The notes under the pieces were generated by a model. That model saw nothing but the letters and a program-made list of their open reading frames with translations, did no database searches and had not been told where the DNA came from. This document shows, in pieces, positions 31,030 through 40,878 of a stretch of 64,000 bases of DNA (position 1 is its first letter; each line of letters begins with the position of its first letter). The position numbers were made by a program, and so were the translations under genes. Source of the stretch: Candidatus Poribacteria bacterium (GTDB taxonomy: Bacteria; Poribacteria; WGA-4E; WGA-3G); NCBI GenBank assembly GCA_965214095.1, contig OZ243938.1, forward strand, positions 5,024,001-5,088,000, written 5' to 3'.

Positions 31030-32001
31030 GTGAAAAAAATATTTTTTGTTGTTACTGCAGTTGTAGCAACCTGCCTTCTCACCTGGTCTTTTGTCCGTTC
31101 AGACAACCACGGGGTTTCCGAAGAAGAAGTGGACAAAAGTCAAATAATATTGGCAGAGATGAAGTGGAACGGAGAACTAATACAGATTTCTCTTGATGAA
31201 CTTGACGCAGCAATTGCAGAATTACCATCCTATCGTCAGCGAAATTATGCCGATAAGGAAGGAAAAGCAGAATTTTTAGAAGATTACATTGACAAAAAAC
31301 TCAAATTGCTTCAAGCAACTGAACACGGTTTCGATAAACTTCAAGACCACCTTGATAAGTTAGAGGACTATACGCATCAACTCATGGTTGAAAAACTTAC
31401 GGAAGTGGAAGTTGATGCAAAGGTTTCATATACCGAGGAAGACTTGAAAGCATACTATGAGGAAAACAAGGCTAATTATGTTGAAGCCGCAAAGGTGCGT
31501 GCAATATGTATTCCCCTTGATGATGAAGACTTGGCGAATGAAACATTAGACGAGATATTAGCTGGGACAGATATCGTTGAGATGGCTGTGAAACTCACGG
31601 AACAAGATAAGTTCGCAAATGGTCCTGGTAAAAGCGAAGAGGAGCCGGGCAATACAGGTTTCTTCAGTCAATCTGCTTCTCCGAGTTGGTCTGAATTCAT
31701 TGAAGCTGCCTTTGAGATGGAAATCGGTGAAATGACGGATACAGTATTTGAAACCGATGTTAATGACGAAACTTTTTATCTCATTTTCCGCAAAGAGGAA
31801 CACCAATCGGAACGGCAAAAGGAATTAGATGAGGTGCTGTCTGATGTAAGACGGAAAGTTGAACGGGCGGCAAAACGGGCACGGATCATTGAATGGGTAG
31901 AAGAAATCTCACAACAGGGAAAACTGAAACTGTATCCAGAAAACATCCCCACGCCTGAACCCGAAATACCCGAAGAAGAATCAGAGACACCCGATAAGTA
32001 A
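31030..32001 (+). CDS. Parvulin-type peptidyl-prolyl isomerase (PrsA/PpiC-like), exported
   Basis: EEDLKAYYEENK, GNTGFF, FIEAAFEMEIGE; SurA_N-like helical region. Confidence 0.8.
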   Translation: MKKIFFVVTAVVATCLLTWSFVRSDNHGVSEEEVDKSQIILAEMKWNGELIQISLDELDAAIAELPSYRQRNYADKEGKAEFLEDYIDKKLKLLQATEHGFDKLQDHLDKLEDYTHQLMVEKLTEVEVDAKVSYTEEDLKAYYEENKANYVEAAKVRAICIPLDDEDLANETLDEILAGTDIVEMAVKLTEQDKFANGPGKSEEEPGNTGFFSQSASPSWSEFIEAAFEMEIGEMTDTVFETDVNDETFYLIFRKEEHQSERQKELDEVLSDVRRKVERAAKRARIIEWVEEISQQGKLKLYPENIPTPEPEIPEEESETPDK

Positions 32002-32034
32002 CTATAATAAATTTAATGTCAAGGAGGAAGAATA

Positions 32035-33030
32035 ATGTCCAAATATCGAAATATTACCTTTATACTATTTATTGCCATTCTTGCAACGCTTCCCTTCGTC
32101 TACAGTTGTGGCGACAAGGCTATCGGTGCAGATGGCACTATCATCGCTGAGTTTGAATGGGATGGAAAACACAAGATCACACTTGAAGAAATGATGCAAG
32201 AAATCAGCGAACTCCCAGAGTACAAACAACGTCAATACAAAGATAAAGCAGGTCTTGAAGAATACATGACGCTTATGGCGGAAAGCCGAATGATTCTATG
32301 TCTTGCAAAAGACAAAAACCTAAATGAAGATCAGGAAATTCTCAAGAAAGTTCAAGATTACCTTCAGGATCTAATGATTGAAAGGATTACTACACAAGAG
32401 GTAGAAAGCAAACTGATCTTGGGTGAGGCGGATTATCAAGCCTATTACGAGGCACATAAAGAAGATTATGTTCGTCCTGAACAGGTCAAACTGATGTGCA
32501 TCACATTGATGAACAAAGAACGCGCCGATGAAGTCTTTGCTGAACTTAATGCGGGGAAAGATATTGCTGTTGCTGCACAAGAACTGTCTGACAGAGGTGA
32601 GTTGGTCGGACCGGGAGCGAATCCTGCTGCACCCGGCGATACTGACTTCATAAGCAGAAACTCGTATCCACCCGGCACGGAACCTTTTCTGGATGCTGCT
32701 TACAACGCTGAAATCGATGTGCTTCATCCTTCTGTTATTGAAGTGGAAGTTCAAGGCGAGAAATATTTCATGATGTTCGTGAAGAAAGAAGCAAGAGATG
32801 AATTTCAGCGACCTTTCAATGAAGAAGATGTCCGTAAAGATGTTATCAGAAGTTCCGAACGTCAAAAGCGCGAGACTTTGATGAAAGATTGGATTACACA
32901 ACTCCGACAACGGGCAGAAGTCAAAACCTTCATTGACCGGATACCGGAAGATAAGAAACCTGAAGAAGAAGGAACTGAAACACCTCCAGAACAAACTTCA
33001 CCTTCAGAAGAAACCACTCCAGAGGAATAG
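32035..33030 (+). CDS. Parvulin-type peptidyl-prolyl isomerase lipoprotein (paralog of upstream gene)
   Basis: Lipobox VYSC; ELPEYKQRQY vs ELPSYRQRNY in the paralog; PEQVKLMCI, GDTDFI. Confidence 0.8.
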   Translation: MSKYRNITFILFIAILATLPFVYSCGDKAIGADGTIIAEFEWDGKHKITLEEMMQEISELPEYKQRQYKDKAGLEEYMTLMAESRMILCLAKDKNLNEDQEILKKVQDYLQDLMIERITTQEVESKLILGEADYQAYYEAHKEDYVRPEQVKLMCITLMNKERADEVFAELNAGKDIAVAAQELSDRGELVGPGANPAAPGDTDFISRNSYPPGTEPFLDAAYNAEIDVLHPSVIEVEVQGEKYFMMFVKKEARDEFQRPFNEEDVRKDVIRSSERQKRETLMKDWITQLRQRAEVKTFIDRIPEDKKPEEEGTETPPEQTSPSEETTPEE

Positions 33031-33117
33031 CGGTACACTTTACAACGTTTGTATGGTGGAGTCTACGGCTCCACCTACATTCACCCTACGCACAAAACCA
33101 ACAACTGAGGTGCACTT

Positions 33118-34449
33118 ATGAAACCCAATACATTCATGCCTGTACTGTTAATTGTGATCGCAATCTGTTGTATCGTAACACCAAGTTCAGCACGGATATT
33201 TGATAGAATCATTGCTTATGTCAACGATGATGTCATAACCAAACGTCGTCTTGATCTACTTGTCAATCAACGTGCCTATGAACTTCAACAGATTGAAGGA
33301 TACAGTGAACGTGAAGCACTAAATACAGCAGAAAAAGAACGAGGCGAACTACTTGATAGACTCATACGGCAAAAGTTGTTGTTAGAGGCTGCATTAACAC
33401 TAAAAATTCAGATAACCGATGCTGAAATAGAGGAACAGATTCAGAAATTTAAAACACAATACCGAATACCATCCGATGAAGAGTTCAAAAAAGTATTAAA
33501 CCGCGATGGACTTACTTTTGAAGCATTCCGAGAGCAACTTCAAAGAAACCTTATGACTGAGAAATTAGTTATAGGAAGAATACTCTCACGTTTACAAGTT
33601 CGCGAAAGTGACGTTCAAACATTTTATGAAGAAAATAGGGATCAACTTCCAACTAAAGCAGATAGAGTGAGTTTGCGGCACATATATATCGCTTATAAGC
33701 CGAGTGACCAAGCAAAAGAGGCAGCAGCTGATGTTGTCAATCAGGCAATTGAAGAGGTCAAAGCGGATAAATCCCAATTTCAATCTGTTGCACAACGTGT
33801 CACTGCAAAACAGAATCCAAGTTCTAAAGCAGGAGCATTAATTGAGACAACACCTGCTGAAATACTTTCTTATCCCGAAATATTTCTGACTGTTCTCGCC
33901 AAACTCAAAGCAGGAGAAATCAGCGAACCAATTAAAGCAGATGATGGTATCCATGTTTTCATGGTTGAAACACGCACCGACGAAAAAATAACGTTGAGAC
34001 ATTTCACCGTGCAATATGAAATTAGTGATGAAGTCAAAAAGGCTGCAAGTGAAAAAACTGACGAGATATTCAAAAAATTGGAAGCTGGAGAAGATTACAT
34101 TGCTCTTGCTAAAGAACATTCCGATGATACCGAAACCCGCGAGAAAGGCGGCGATCTCGGCACGCACATCCTCACTACGTTAAATCCGAAAATACAGGAA
34201 GTCGTAAAATCTATTGAAATCGGAAAGTATAGTAAACCAATTGAAACAAATATAGGTCTATACATCTACAAAATTGATGAGCGCATTACACCTGAATTGA
34301 CGCAACAGGAAAAGCAACAAATTATGGCAATTCTACGCCAACAACTCTTTGAAAAAGAATGGATCGCATATACCGATACACTGATGGAAAACGCATTTAT
34401 CAAAATTAAACCGGATGCAATACCAACATCTGAAGTAAAAGAAAACTAA
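33118..34449 (+). CDS. surA: SurA-like chaperone/PPIase (SurA_N plus two parvulin domains)
   Basis: DRIIAYVNDDVIT, LDRLIRQKLL, LRHI, LAKEHSDD..TREKGGDLG, SKPIETNIG. Confidence 0.8.
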   Translation: MKPNTFMPVLLIVIAICCIVTPSSARIFDRIIAYVNDDVITKRRLDLLVNQRAYELQQIEGYSEREALNTAEKERGELLDRLIRQKLLLEAALTLKIQITDAEIEEQIQKFKTQYRIPSDEEFKKVLNRDGLTFEAFREQLQRNLMTEKLVIGRILSRLQVRESDVQTFYEENRDQLPTKADRVSLRHIYIAYKPSDQAKEAAADVVNQAIEEVKADKSQFQSVAQRVTAKQNPSSKAGALIETTPAEILSYPEIFLTVLAKLKAGEISEPIKADDGIHVFMVETRTDEKITLRHFTVQYEISDEVKKAASEKTDEIFKKLEAGEDYIALAKEHSDDTETREKGGDLGTHILTTLNPKIQEVVKSIEIGKYSKPIETNIGLYIYKIDERITPELTQQEKQQIMAILRQQLFEKEWIAYTDTLMENAFIKIKPDAIPTSEVKEN

Positions 34450-34455
34450 TACTGT

Positions 34456-37400
34456 TTGAGTAAAAAAACTGTGCAGAAAAACGAAGATTATCCACCTATA
34501 TCCAAAAATCATCCTTCAAAATACAAGTTGTGTCATCTGTGTTATCCAGTAACAAAGTCAATTGAGAATACACATCGTCTTAATTGGTATATACGTGTCC
34601 TACTCTTGGCAGTAATGACATTAACTTTTCTTTTACTGCCAATACACTCCGTTCCTGCTCAGGAACAACAGACACCAGACGAACAGACTCCAATACAGGA
34701 ACCCTCTGAAAATCAATCACAACCTACAACTCCAACTGCAGCTAAAGAAGGTTTAGATATTGAGAAGATGTCACCTGAAGATGATACTGTGATTGGTGAT
34801 GGGGACGAGGTGATTTTGCAGGATAACCTCGTTCAGATACACGGCAATGCTCTCATCAAATTTGATAATGTAGTATTACGGGCTGACCATGTGTGGGCAG
34901 ACTTCAACGATAATATAATGCGTGCTGCTGGCAATGTTTATCTTAAAGTCGGCATCGAAGAAACATATTCAGACGAACTTGTTTTCAACCTTGAAACAAA
35001 GAAAGGAATTGCACGCAATGGTTACACATTTAGCGACCCGTGGTACTTCGGTGGTAGTGAAATTTTCAAAATAGAGGATAAGAAATCTTATATCCGAGGT
35101 GGTTCTCTCACAACTTGTTCCCTCAAACACCCACACTACCATTTCAGTGTATCTGAAGTAATCATCAAAATGAATCAGGAGATGATAGCAAAGAACATTG
35201 TCTTACGTATCGGTGGCATCCCTCTGTTCTATTTTCCCGCCATCCGCAGAGACTTACGCAAAGATAAAGTTGCCAAGATTATTGTTAGAGTTGGAACAGA
35301 TAGTTACCAAGGTCCAAACATCGGCATCATTCTACCCATAGCACGTAAAAGACGTTATGATGGCGCACTGCTCTATGATAGAAGTGCACGTAGAGGACAA
35401 GGTTACGGTTTTGAAGGAAAATATCGGTTCAGAGATACACAGTTTCAAGAGATACATATACCTATTCCACCTGATGCAACACAAGCACAACGCACAAAAC
35501 TTGAAGAGAAGGCAAAGGAGATATATGATCGTCTTGAAGGAGATTATGACCGATATTGGCTCAAGCAACTCTTTCTTGAATACAAAATTACTGAAGAAGA
35601 TGCTGACCGCGCACAGGAAGAAGCCGATGCGATCCTCAAACGTCTTACGGAAGAAGATGCTGACTTTTCGCAAATTGCACAGACAGAATCTAATCATACA
35701 GATACACGATACGACGGCGGAGATATGGGTTTCATCGCTCAAGGAGAAAAAGACAAGGATGGTAATCCATTACTTGCCCCAATCTTAGAAGAAGTCGCAT
35801 TTGCCCTCAAAGAAGGTGAAGTTAGCACTCTCTTACGAACAGAATCCGTTTTCCATATCCTCAAAGTTGAGCGCGTGCTTGAGATCTACGGTGAAAAAGA
35901 GATAAGACTAAGACGCATAGATATTGCTATAGAAGCAAGCGATGAGACTCAACAAACAACCCGAACGTTAGCTGATAAAATACATGAACGCGCACTTGCA
36001 GGAGAAACCTTTGAAGAACTTGCCGCTGAATTTCCAGAAGCAAAGTTGTCTGAAATAAATGAAGGAAACGGACTCCCGCTTAATGAGATGAATTCCGGAT
36101 GGCAATTCTCTGTTAGACGTATGAAAGAACCCGGAGATATTACAGAACGTAGTCCAGTATTTTCACCAGAAGGTCTTTATATTTTTCAATTAATCAAGAA
36201 AAATGAAACACCTGAATTTGAAGCACTTGCAGAACAGTTTAAAGCAGAATGGGAAATCTTTGAAGCGGAGGTGCTATCAACACCCAGCGAAGAAGAAAAA
36301 CCCACTACAACTGACGATAATGACACGTCCTCTGAAGAAGATACTACGCCACCACCTGTACCGACAGAAGAACCAAATGAACTTACTGAAGAGGATACAT
36401 CCACACAACCTTCAACGATAAAAGTTGGTGAGAGTGAAAACGGTGAAGAAGAGGAAGAAGAGGAAGAAGAGGCAACCTTTGAGGTATATCGTAAACACGG
36501 TTTTCGTGGAAGATGGGAAGACCCACGACAGGTCGCTTCCGATGCACAGAGTCTATATGCCGGAGAATACAGTCGCGTCATAAAAACCAAAGAATCGTTT
36601 CGTCTCATCAAAGTTGACAAGAAACGAAGTTACTATGGCGATATCTATCTCTACGGGGCAGACGAATATTCCTTTAGCAGACAGGATGCCTCGCGTATCG
36701 GTAGACGTTGGAATATGCGATGGGGACACAGGCAATCCTTCTATACACCTTGGGATAGCCGTCAAGAGGGGCGCCGTCCGTTGAGTTTTGTCGGAAGAAC
36801 TGCATGGCGGGCATTACATTATAAAGAAGATTTAGGACTCATCAACGAATCTTCTCTAAACTCTTTTGGTATTCTTACCTACGGCACTGCATTCTCAACA
36901 GCCAGTGATAAAGACATGGATGAAGACGGCAACCTAAGATACTCCAGGGAAACCATCGGGGACTTCACCAGTAGGCTGGAAATACGGCATATCCACGATT
37001 TCTCTGAAGAAGATAATACCGCACTCCAGAAATTGCCACAATTGTCTGTGAACTTTTCTCGGATGCGATTTAGTAGACTACCTGTTTTTGAAACTATAAA
37101 CAACGGGATGGTATACGTTTCAGAAAAACTAAAAACTGATCTACCGATTCTATCACTCCTTGCTTTCCCAACACTGGAAGACACCAGTTTTGATATGGAT
37201 GTTGAATTCGGAAACTTCTATAGACAGACATATCGTGGTAAACATGGCGAAGAGAGGAACGTATTCCTTCAGACTTTGGATTTAGGGTTCGACTTACGCA
37301 AACAAGCAAACGTATTCATTACACCATTGCGAGAATTAAAACTAAGTGCTAATCTCAATACAAATGCAATTTGGCACGCCAAAGACCAAGACAAAAATAG

Positions 37401-38307
37401 GAACATTATAAGAGGTGTCTACAATGTTAGAGCCCAAGCAACAAACACTTTATTCCGTATCTACAACACAAGATTAATACCCACAGTTAGAAAGTTACGG
37501 CATGAAATTCAATCTTCACTTACCTTTGATTATCAACCGCCTATTGATGCAGATAACAGTCTTTATCCATTTGGTCCCAGCACCTATTTTTATGAGCGTA
37601 AAAGGTTAACATACAACTTCAATACCAACATAGAAATCAAAACGCGCCGCAGTCAATCCGCACATCGCATCTTCTATTTTGATACGCGATTCACAGCCGA
37701 TTTCACGGAATTTGAATCGCTTTATAGACGTAAATACGAACCGATTGATAGCGATTTCACAATCGTCCCCCTACCCAGTCGCAACCTAAACATGACTGTG
37801 CGTCTGACACATGATCCAAATCCACATCCTGATGATGGAAAACAATTCAAGATGGTTGGTATTCGGACGAACATCAGGTACACCCGTCAACAATGGTATG
37901 TAAGCATCGGTAATTCCTTCAGCAAACGGCACACATCTATACGTGCATCACGTTCAATTACAGCTAATGGCAGATACCGTTTTAGCAAGGATCTGGAGTT
38001 TGATTTCAATCTCATCTACTATCCAATTGAAGGGCAATTTTACTCGCAACGTGTCAGTATAAACCGCAACTTACACGATTGGAACTTGCGTATCTCTTGG
38101 AGTAGGGTCGGTATTAAACGGGATCCTCCGTTTGACACTGTGCGACAAGATTTCACATTTCAGGTTAACTTGATTGGTGAACCGGCAGTATCTATGGGTG
38201 TCGGTTATGATGCGACAACCGATACGTGGGGAATGCACACCTTACCTGCGGGTGTTCCGTATAACGCGTTCGGATCGGGCAATTCACTGGGTCGTTCCTT
38301 CTTCTAA
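34456..38307 (+). CDS. lptD: LPS-assembly protein LptD with internal parvulin (PPIase) domains
   Basis: OstA-like jellyroll (LRADHV, AAGNV), TTC..KHPHY...LRIGGIPLFYFP, QKLPQLS, RNLHDW barrel end; insert with GGDMGF, AFALKEGEVS, GETFEELA. Confidence 0.8.
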   Translation: MSKKTVQKNEDYPPISKNHPSKYKLCHLCYPVTKSIENTHRLNWYIRVLLLAVMTLTFLLLPIHSVPAQEQQTPDEQTPIQEPSENQSQPTTPTAAKEGLDIEKMSPEDDTVIGDGDEVILQDNLVQIHGNALIKFDNVVLRADHVWADFNDNIMRAAGNVYLKVGIEETYSDELVFNLETKKGIARNGYTFSDPWYFGGSEIFKIEDKKSYIRGGSLTTCSLKHPHYHFSVSEVIIKMNQEMIAKNIVLRIGGIPLFYFPAIRRDLRKDKVAKIIVRVGTDSYQGPNIGIILPIARKRRYDGALLYDRSARRGQGYGFEGKYRFRDTQFQEIHIPIPPDATQAQRTKLEEKAKEIYDRLEGDYDRYWLKQLFLEYKITEEDADRAQEEADAILKRLTEEDADFSQIAQTESNHTDTRYDGGDMGFIAQGEKDKDGNPLLAPILEEVAFALKEGEVSTLLRTESVFHILKVERVLEIYGEKEIRLRRIDIAIEASDETQQTTRTLADKIHERALAGETFEELAAEFPEAKLSEINEGNGLPLNEMNSGWQFSVRRMKEPGDITERSPVFSPEGLYIFQLIKKNETPEFEALAEQFKAEWEIFEAEVLSTPSEEEKPTTTDDNDTSSEEDTTPPPVPTEEPNELTEEDTSTQPSTIKVGESENGEEEEEEEEEATFEVYRKHGFRGRWEDPRQVASDAQSLYAGEYSRVIKTKESFRLIKVDKKRSYYGDIYLYGADEYSFSRQDASRIGRRWNMRWGHRQSFYTPWDSRQEGRRPLSFVGRTAWRALHYKEDLGLINESSLNSFGILTYGTAFSTASDKDMDEDGNLRYSRETIGDFTSRLEIRHIHDFSEEDNTALQKLPQLSVNFSRMRFSRLPVFETINNGMVYVSEKLKTDLPILSLLAFPTLEDTSFDMDVEFGNFYRQTYRGKHGEERNVFLQTLDLGFDLRKQANVFITPLRELKLSANLNTNAIWHAKDQDKNRNIIRGVYNVRAQATNTLFRIYNTRLIPTVRKLRHEIQSSLTFDYQPPIDADNSLYPFGPSTYFYERKRLTYNFNTNIEIKTRRSQSAHRIFYFDTRFTADFTEFESLYRRKYEPIDSDFTIVPLPSRNLNMTVRLTHDPNPHPDDGKQFKMVGIRTNIRYTRQQWYVSIGNSFSKRHTSIRASRSITANGRYRFSKDLEFDFNLIYYPIEGQFYSQRVSINRNLHDWNLRISWSRVGIKRDPPFDTVRQDFTFQVNLIGEPAVSMGVGYDATTDTWGMHTLPAGVPYNAFGSGNSLGRSFF

Positions 38308-38411
38308 GTCAATAACTTCAAGTAAAAACCACACGCGTGTTTCACCAAAAGCAATTGACAAGTACAACCGTGAAGATGTATAATATCAACAAGGCAATGA
38401 GGAGGACACCA

Positions 38412-38624
38412 ATGCTCAAAATCAACCCGCAATATCTTGTTGATGACAAAGGCGAAAAAACCGCTGCGTCCCTGACAATCAAAGAATTCCAACTGATCAT
38501 GCAGCGTCTTGAAGATTTAGAAGATATTTCAGAGATGAATGCTGCAGTCGAAACCGAAACCAAGCAGAACTTATGGAATATGCCGAGACACAACTTTGAA
38601 AGTTATGTGCCTCGCGCAAGTTGA
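38412..38624 (+). CDS. Small antitoxin-like protein, possibly truncated
   Basis: PQYLVDDKGEKTAASLTIKEFQLIMQRLEDLEDI; RBS GGAGGA; promoter TTGACA-18-TATAAT at 38355-38384; no partner toxin follows. Confidence 0.55.
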   Translation: MLKINPQYLVDDKGEKTAASLTIKEFQLIMQRLEDLEDISEMNAAVETETKQNLWNMPRHNFESYVPRAS

Positions 38625-38687
38625 ATTGGGATAAGATGGACGAGGCGGAGCATGAAACTTTTGTTAATTACCTCATCCATGAGGATC

Positions 38688-38925
38688 TTCAGGCACCCAA
38701 GCCTAAAGGCATGGGATTGTGTTAATCTTCTGCCAGGCTTGATGTTCTTCGGTCTTGGCTCGTAACTTTACCTGTATGCCACCGAGGGGTCCCAGCGACC
38801 CACGATACAGAACCTCAGACACTTCCGACTTTGGAAGTTGTTCAAGCGAACTATCGTCTTCGAGTTACTTGGACACGGATATAATCAACGTGCCCCGATA
38901 TGCAAGACACTTCCGACTTGCTTGG
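38688..38925 (-). ncRNA. Putative structured ncRNA transcribed inside element A
   Basis: Downstream of TTGACA-17-TATTAT; helices gcaag/cttgc, gggcacg/cgtgtcc, gtaact/agttac, ctgtat/atacag, gggtc/gaccc. Confidence 0.55.
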
Positions 38926-38929
38926 GCAT

Positions 38930-38958
38930 ATAATAACAGACTTGACGTTTTCTGTCAA
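38930..38958 (-). promoter_or_regulatory. sigma70 promoter inside element A
   Basis: TTGACA-17bp-TATTAT. Confidence 0.75.
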
Positions 38959-39040
38959 GCAAAATATAGGAACAGGCATTCCTCCCACACCTAAAGAAGT
39001 GGGCTTCCTGCCTGAAACGTTGGTGAGTGAGAGATATATT

Positions 39041-39391
39041 ATGGAAAAGCAGAACCCTGTGGAACTTGAAAATATGTTTGACTTTATAAATCCAACGGCA
39101 ATCCGAATAAAAGGGACACGCGTCGGTATCGAAATTGTCATTGAGCAATTTCTTAAAGGGGCAGACCCAAGGGAAATTCAACGGCTCTATCCGAATCTGA
39201 CGTTGGGGCAGATTTATGTTACGATTACCTATTATCTGTTCAATAAGGAGAAAATTGATGCCTATATTGCAAAGGGCATCAAACAAGCTGAGGCTGCTTA
39301 TGAGGAACAACTAAAAAACCCGTCTCCTGGTGTCAAACGCCTCATGAAAATTAAAGCGGAACTTGAAGCACAAGGACATTATTCAGCGTAA
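39041..39391 (+). CDS. DUF433 family antitoxin
   Basis: IRIKGTRVGIEIVI...GADPREI...YPNLTLGQIYVTITYY; true start MEKQ (the upstream ORF extension is IS sequence). Confidence 0.85.
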   Translation: MEKQNPVELENMFDFINPTAIRIKGTRVGIEIVIEQFLKGADPREIQRLYPNLTLGQIYVTITYYLFNKEKIDAYIAKGIKQAEAAYEEQLKNPSPGVKRLMKIKAELEAQGHYSA

Positions 39392-39393
39392 TA

Positions 39394-39762
39394 ATGAATA
39401 AATACCAAATTCGCTTTCTGCTTGATGAAAACACCTCGCATGTTATCCAAGATGGACTCAAGCGAAAACAACCAGAAGTTGAGGTTCGGGTCATTGGAAG
39501 TGAAGGTGTACCACCACTCAGCACAAAAGATGAGGATATTCTTGAATTTCTGGAACGTGAGGGATACATCCTCGTCTCATCAAACCGAAGTACAATGCCG
39601 GTACATTTGCGTGAACATCTTCAAAAAGGCAGACATATTCCCGGTATTTTACTATTACGTCCTCGTGCCTCTTACCAGCAAATTATTGATACGCTTGAAT
39701 TGATATGTCTAGCAAGTGTGCTAGAAGATTTCCGAGATCAGATAACATATATTCCGTACTGA
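39394..39762 (+). CDS. DUF5615 PIN-like toxin
   Basis: RFLLDEN, DEDIL, ILVSSNR, HIPGIL; coupled to DUF433. Confidence 0.85.
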   Translation: MNKYQIRFLLDENTSHVIQDGLKRKQPEVEVRVIGSEGVPPLSTKDEDILEFLEREGYILVSSNRSTMPVHLREHLQKGRHIPGILLLRPRASYQQIIDTLELICLASVLEDFRDQITYIPY

Positions 39763-39774
39763 TATTCAGTGATT

Positions 39775-40025
39775 ATGCAAAACCCCTACAGTGAAAACCA
39801 ACTTGTAGAACAACCCGCAATCGCGCTTCTTAAAGAAATAGGGTGGTATACCCAGGATTGTTCAAACGAATTTGAGGACAATAGCGAAATTAGAACTGGC
39901 AGAGAAGCAAAATTGGAAGTGCTACTAACAGATAGACCCCGCGCAATGTTAGAACGGTTCAACCCCGATGCACCTGAACACGCTATTGAGTCCGCTATTG
40001 AAGAATTGATGCAATCACGTAAAGT
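39775..40025 (+). pseudogene. hsdR: Type I restriction enzyme R subunit, N-terminal fragment
   Basis: YSENQLVEQPAIALLKEIGW...GRE...VLL..R....LERFNPDAP..AIESAIEEL; truncated after ~85 aa. Confidence 0.75.
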
Positions 40026-40040
40026 AAGGAAATGCTATTT

Positions 40041-40814
40041 ATGCTACTCAAAGACCGTATCAGCATCATAACAGGCGGGAGTTCAGGTATAGGACGTGGA
40101 ATCGCGCTTGAATTCGCACGTGAAGGTGCAAACGTGGTCATTGCCGATAAACAAGAATCCCCACTACAAGGCAAATTTCACGAAAAAGACACAACAACCC
40201 CCACCGTCCAAGAAATAGAGAAATTAGGTTCTCAAGGGATATTCGTCCAAACTGATGTCTCCGATGAATCTCAGGTTACCCGACTGGTCCAGCAAACCGT
40301 TGATCATTTCGGTGGAGTAGATATCCTCGTCAACAATGCAGGTATCCATATTCCCGGTGGTTCACAAGACATATCTATTGCTGAGTGGGACAAAGTTGTG
40401 GGAGTAAATCTGAGAGGTGTTTTCCTAACTACTAAACTGACTATCCCGCACCTAAAAAAGTCTGATTTTGGTAGGATAATCCAAATTGCATCTATACATG
40501 CCTATGGTGGTGGTGCAGGTCCTGCTTATGCTTCTGCAAAAGCCGCTGTCGTCAATATGGTTAAGGACACTGCATTAGAGGTGGGGAAATATGGAATCAC
40601 AGTCAACGCAATCTCACCAGGATACATTGAGACTGCAATACAAGATTACCTTACTCTTGAACAGATTGAGTCGTCATTGGAAAAGACACCGATGCAGCGT
40701 TTAGGTCTGCCGAAAGACATCGGACGTGCAGCAGTATTCTTCGCATCTGATGATGCTGAATGGATAACTGGCACCTCACTTCTTGTTGATGGCGGAGCCA
40801 GTGCAAAAACGTAG
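40041..40814 (+). CDS. SDR family oxidoreductase
   Basis: TGGSSGIG, NNAG, YASAK, VNAISPG, VDGG. Confidence 0.95.
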   Translation: MLLKDRISIITGGSSGIGRGIALEFAREGANVVIADKQESPLQGKFHEKDTTTPTVQEIEKLGSQGIFVQTDVSDESQVTRLVQQTVDHFGGVDILVNNAGIHIPGGSQDISIAEWDKVVGVNLRGVFLTTKLTIPHLKKSDFGRIIQIASIHAYGGGAGPAYASAKAAVVNMVKDTALEVGKYGITVNAISPGYIETAIQDYLTLEQIESSLEKTPMQRLGLPKDIGRAAVFFASDDAEWITGTSLLVDGGASAKT

Positions 40815-40878
40815 CAGGAAAGTTTCAAACATAAGAATATCGTAGGAGGGGTTTCAACCCCGATTGTCTGATAGCCAA

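Larger units (their letters stand above)
38688..39022 (-). mobile_element. Non-autonomous IS200/IS605-family element A (335 bp, no ORF) with internal promoter and structured ncRNA
   Basis: LE after target TCAC with guide GAAG at +16..+19 and hairpin CCCACTTCT-TT-AGGTGTGGG; RE guide CAAT, hairpin CCCATGCCT-TT-AGGCTTGGG, end TGAA. Confidence 0.85.

Noticed and set aside
36440-36475. GAA/GAG run as a contingency microsatellite
   Set aside because: Encodes a poly-Glu acidic linker with mixed codons, in frame.
38755-39040. Short ORFs overlapping element A and the N-terminal extension of the DUF433 ORF
   Set aside because: They are translations of IS ends (IPPTPKEVGFLPE is the LE hairpin) with no RBS; the real start is 39041.
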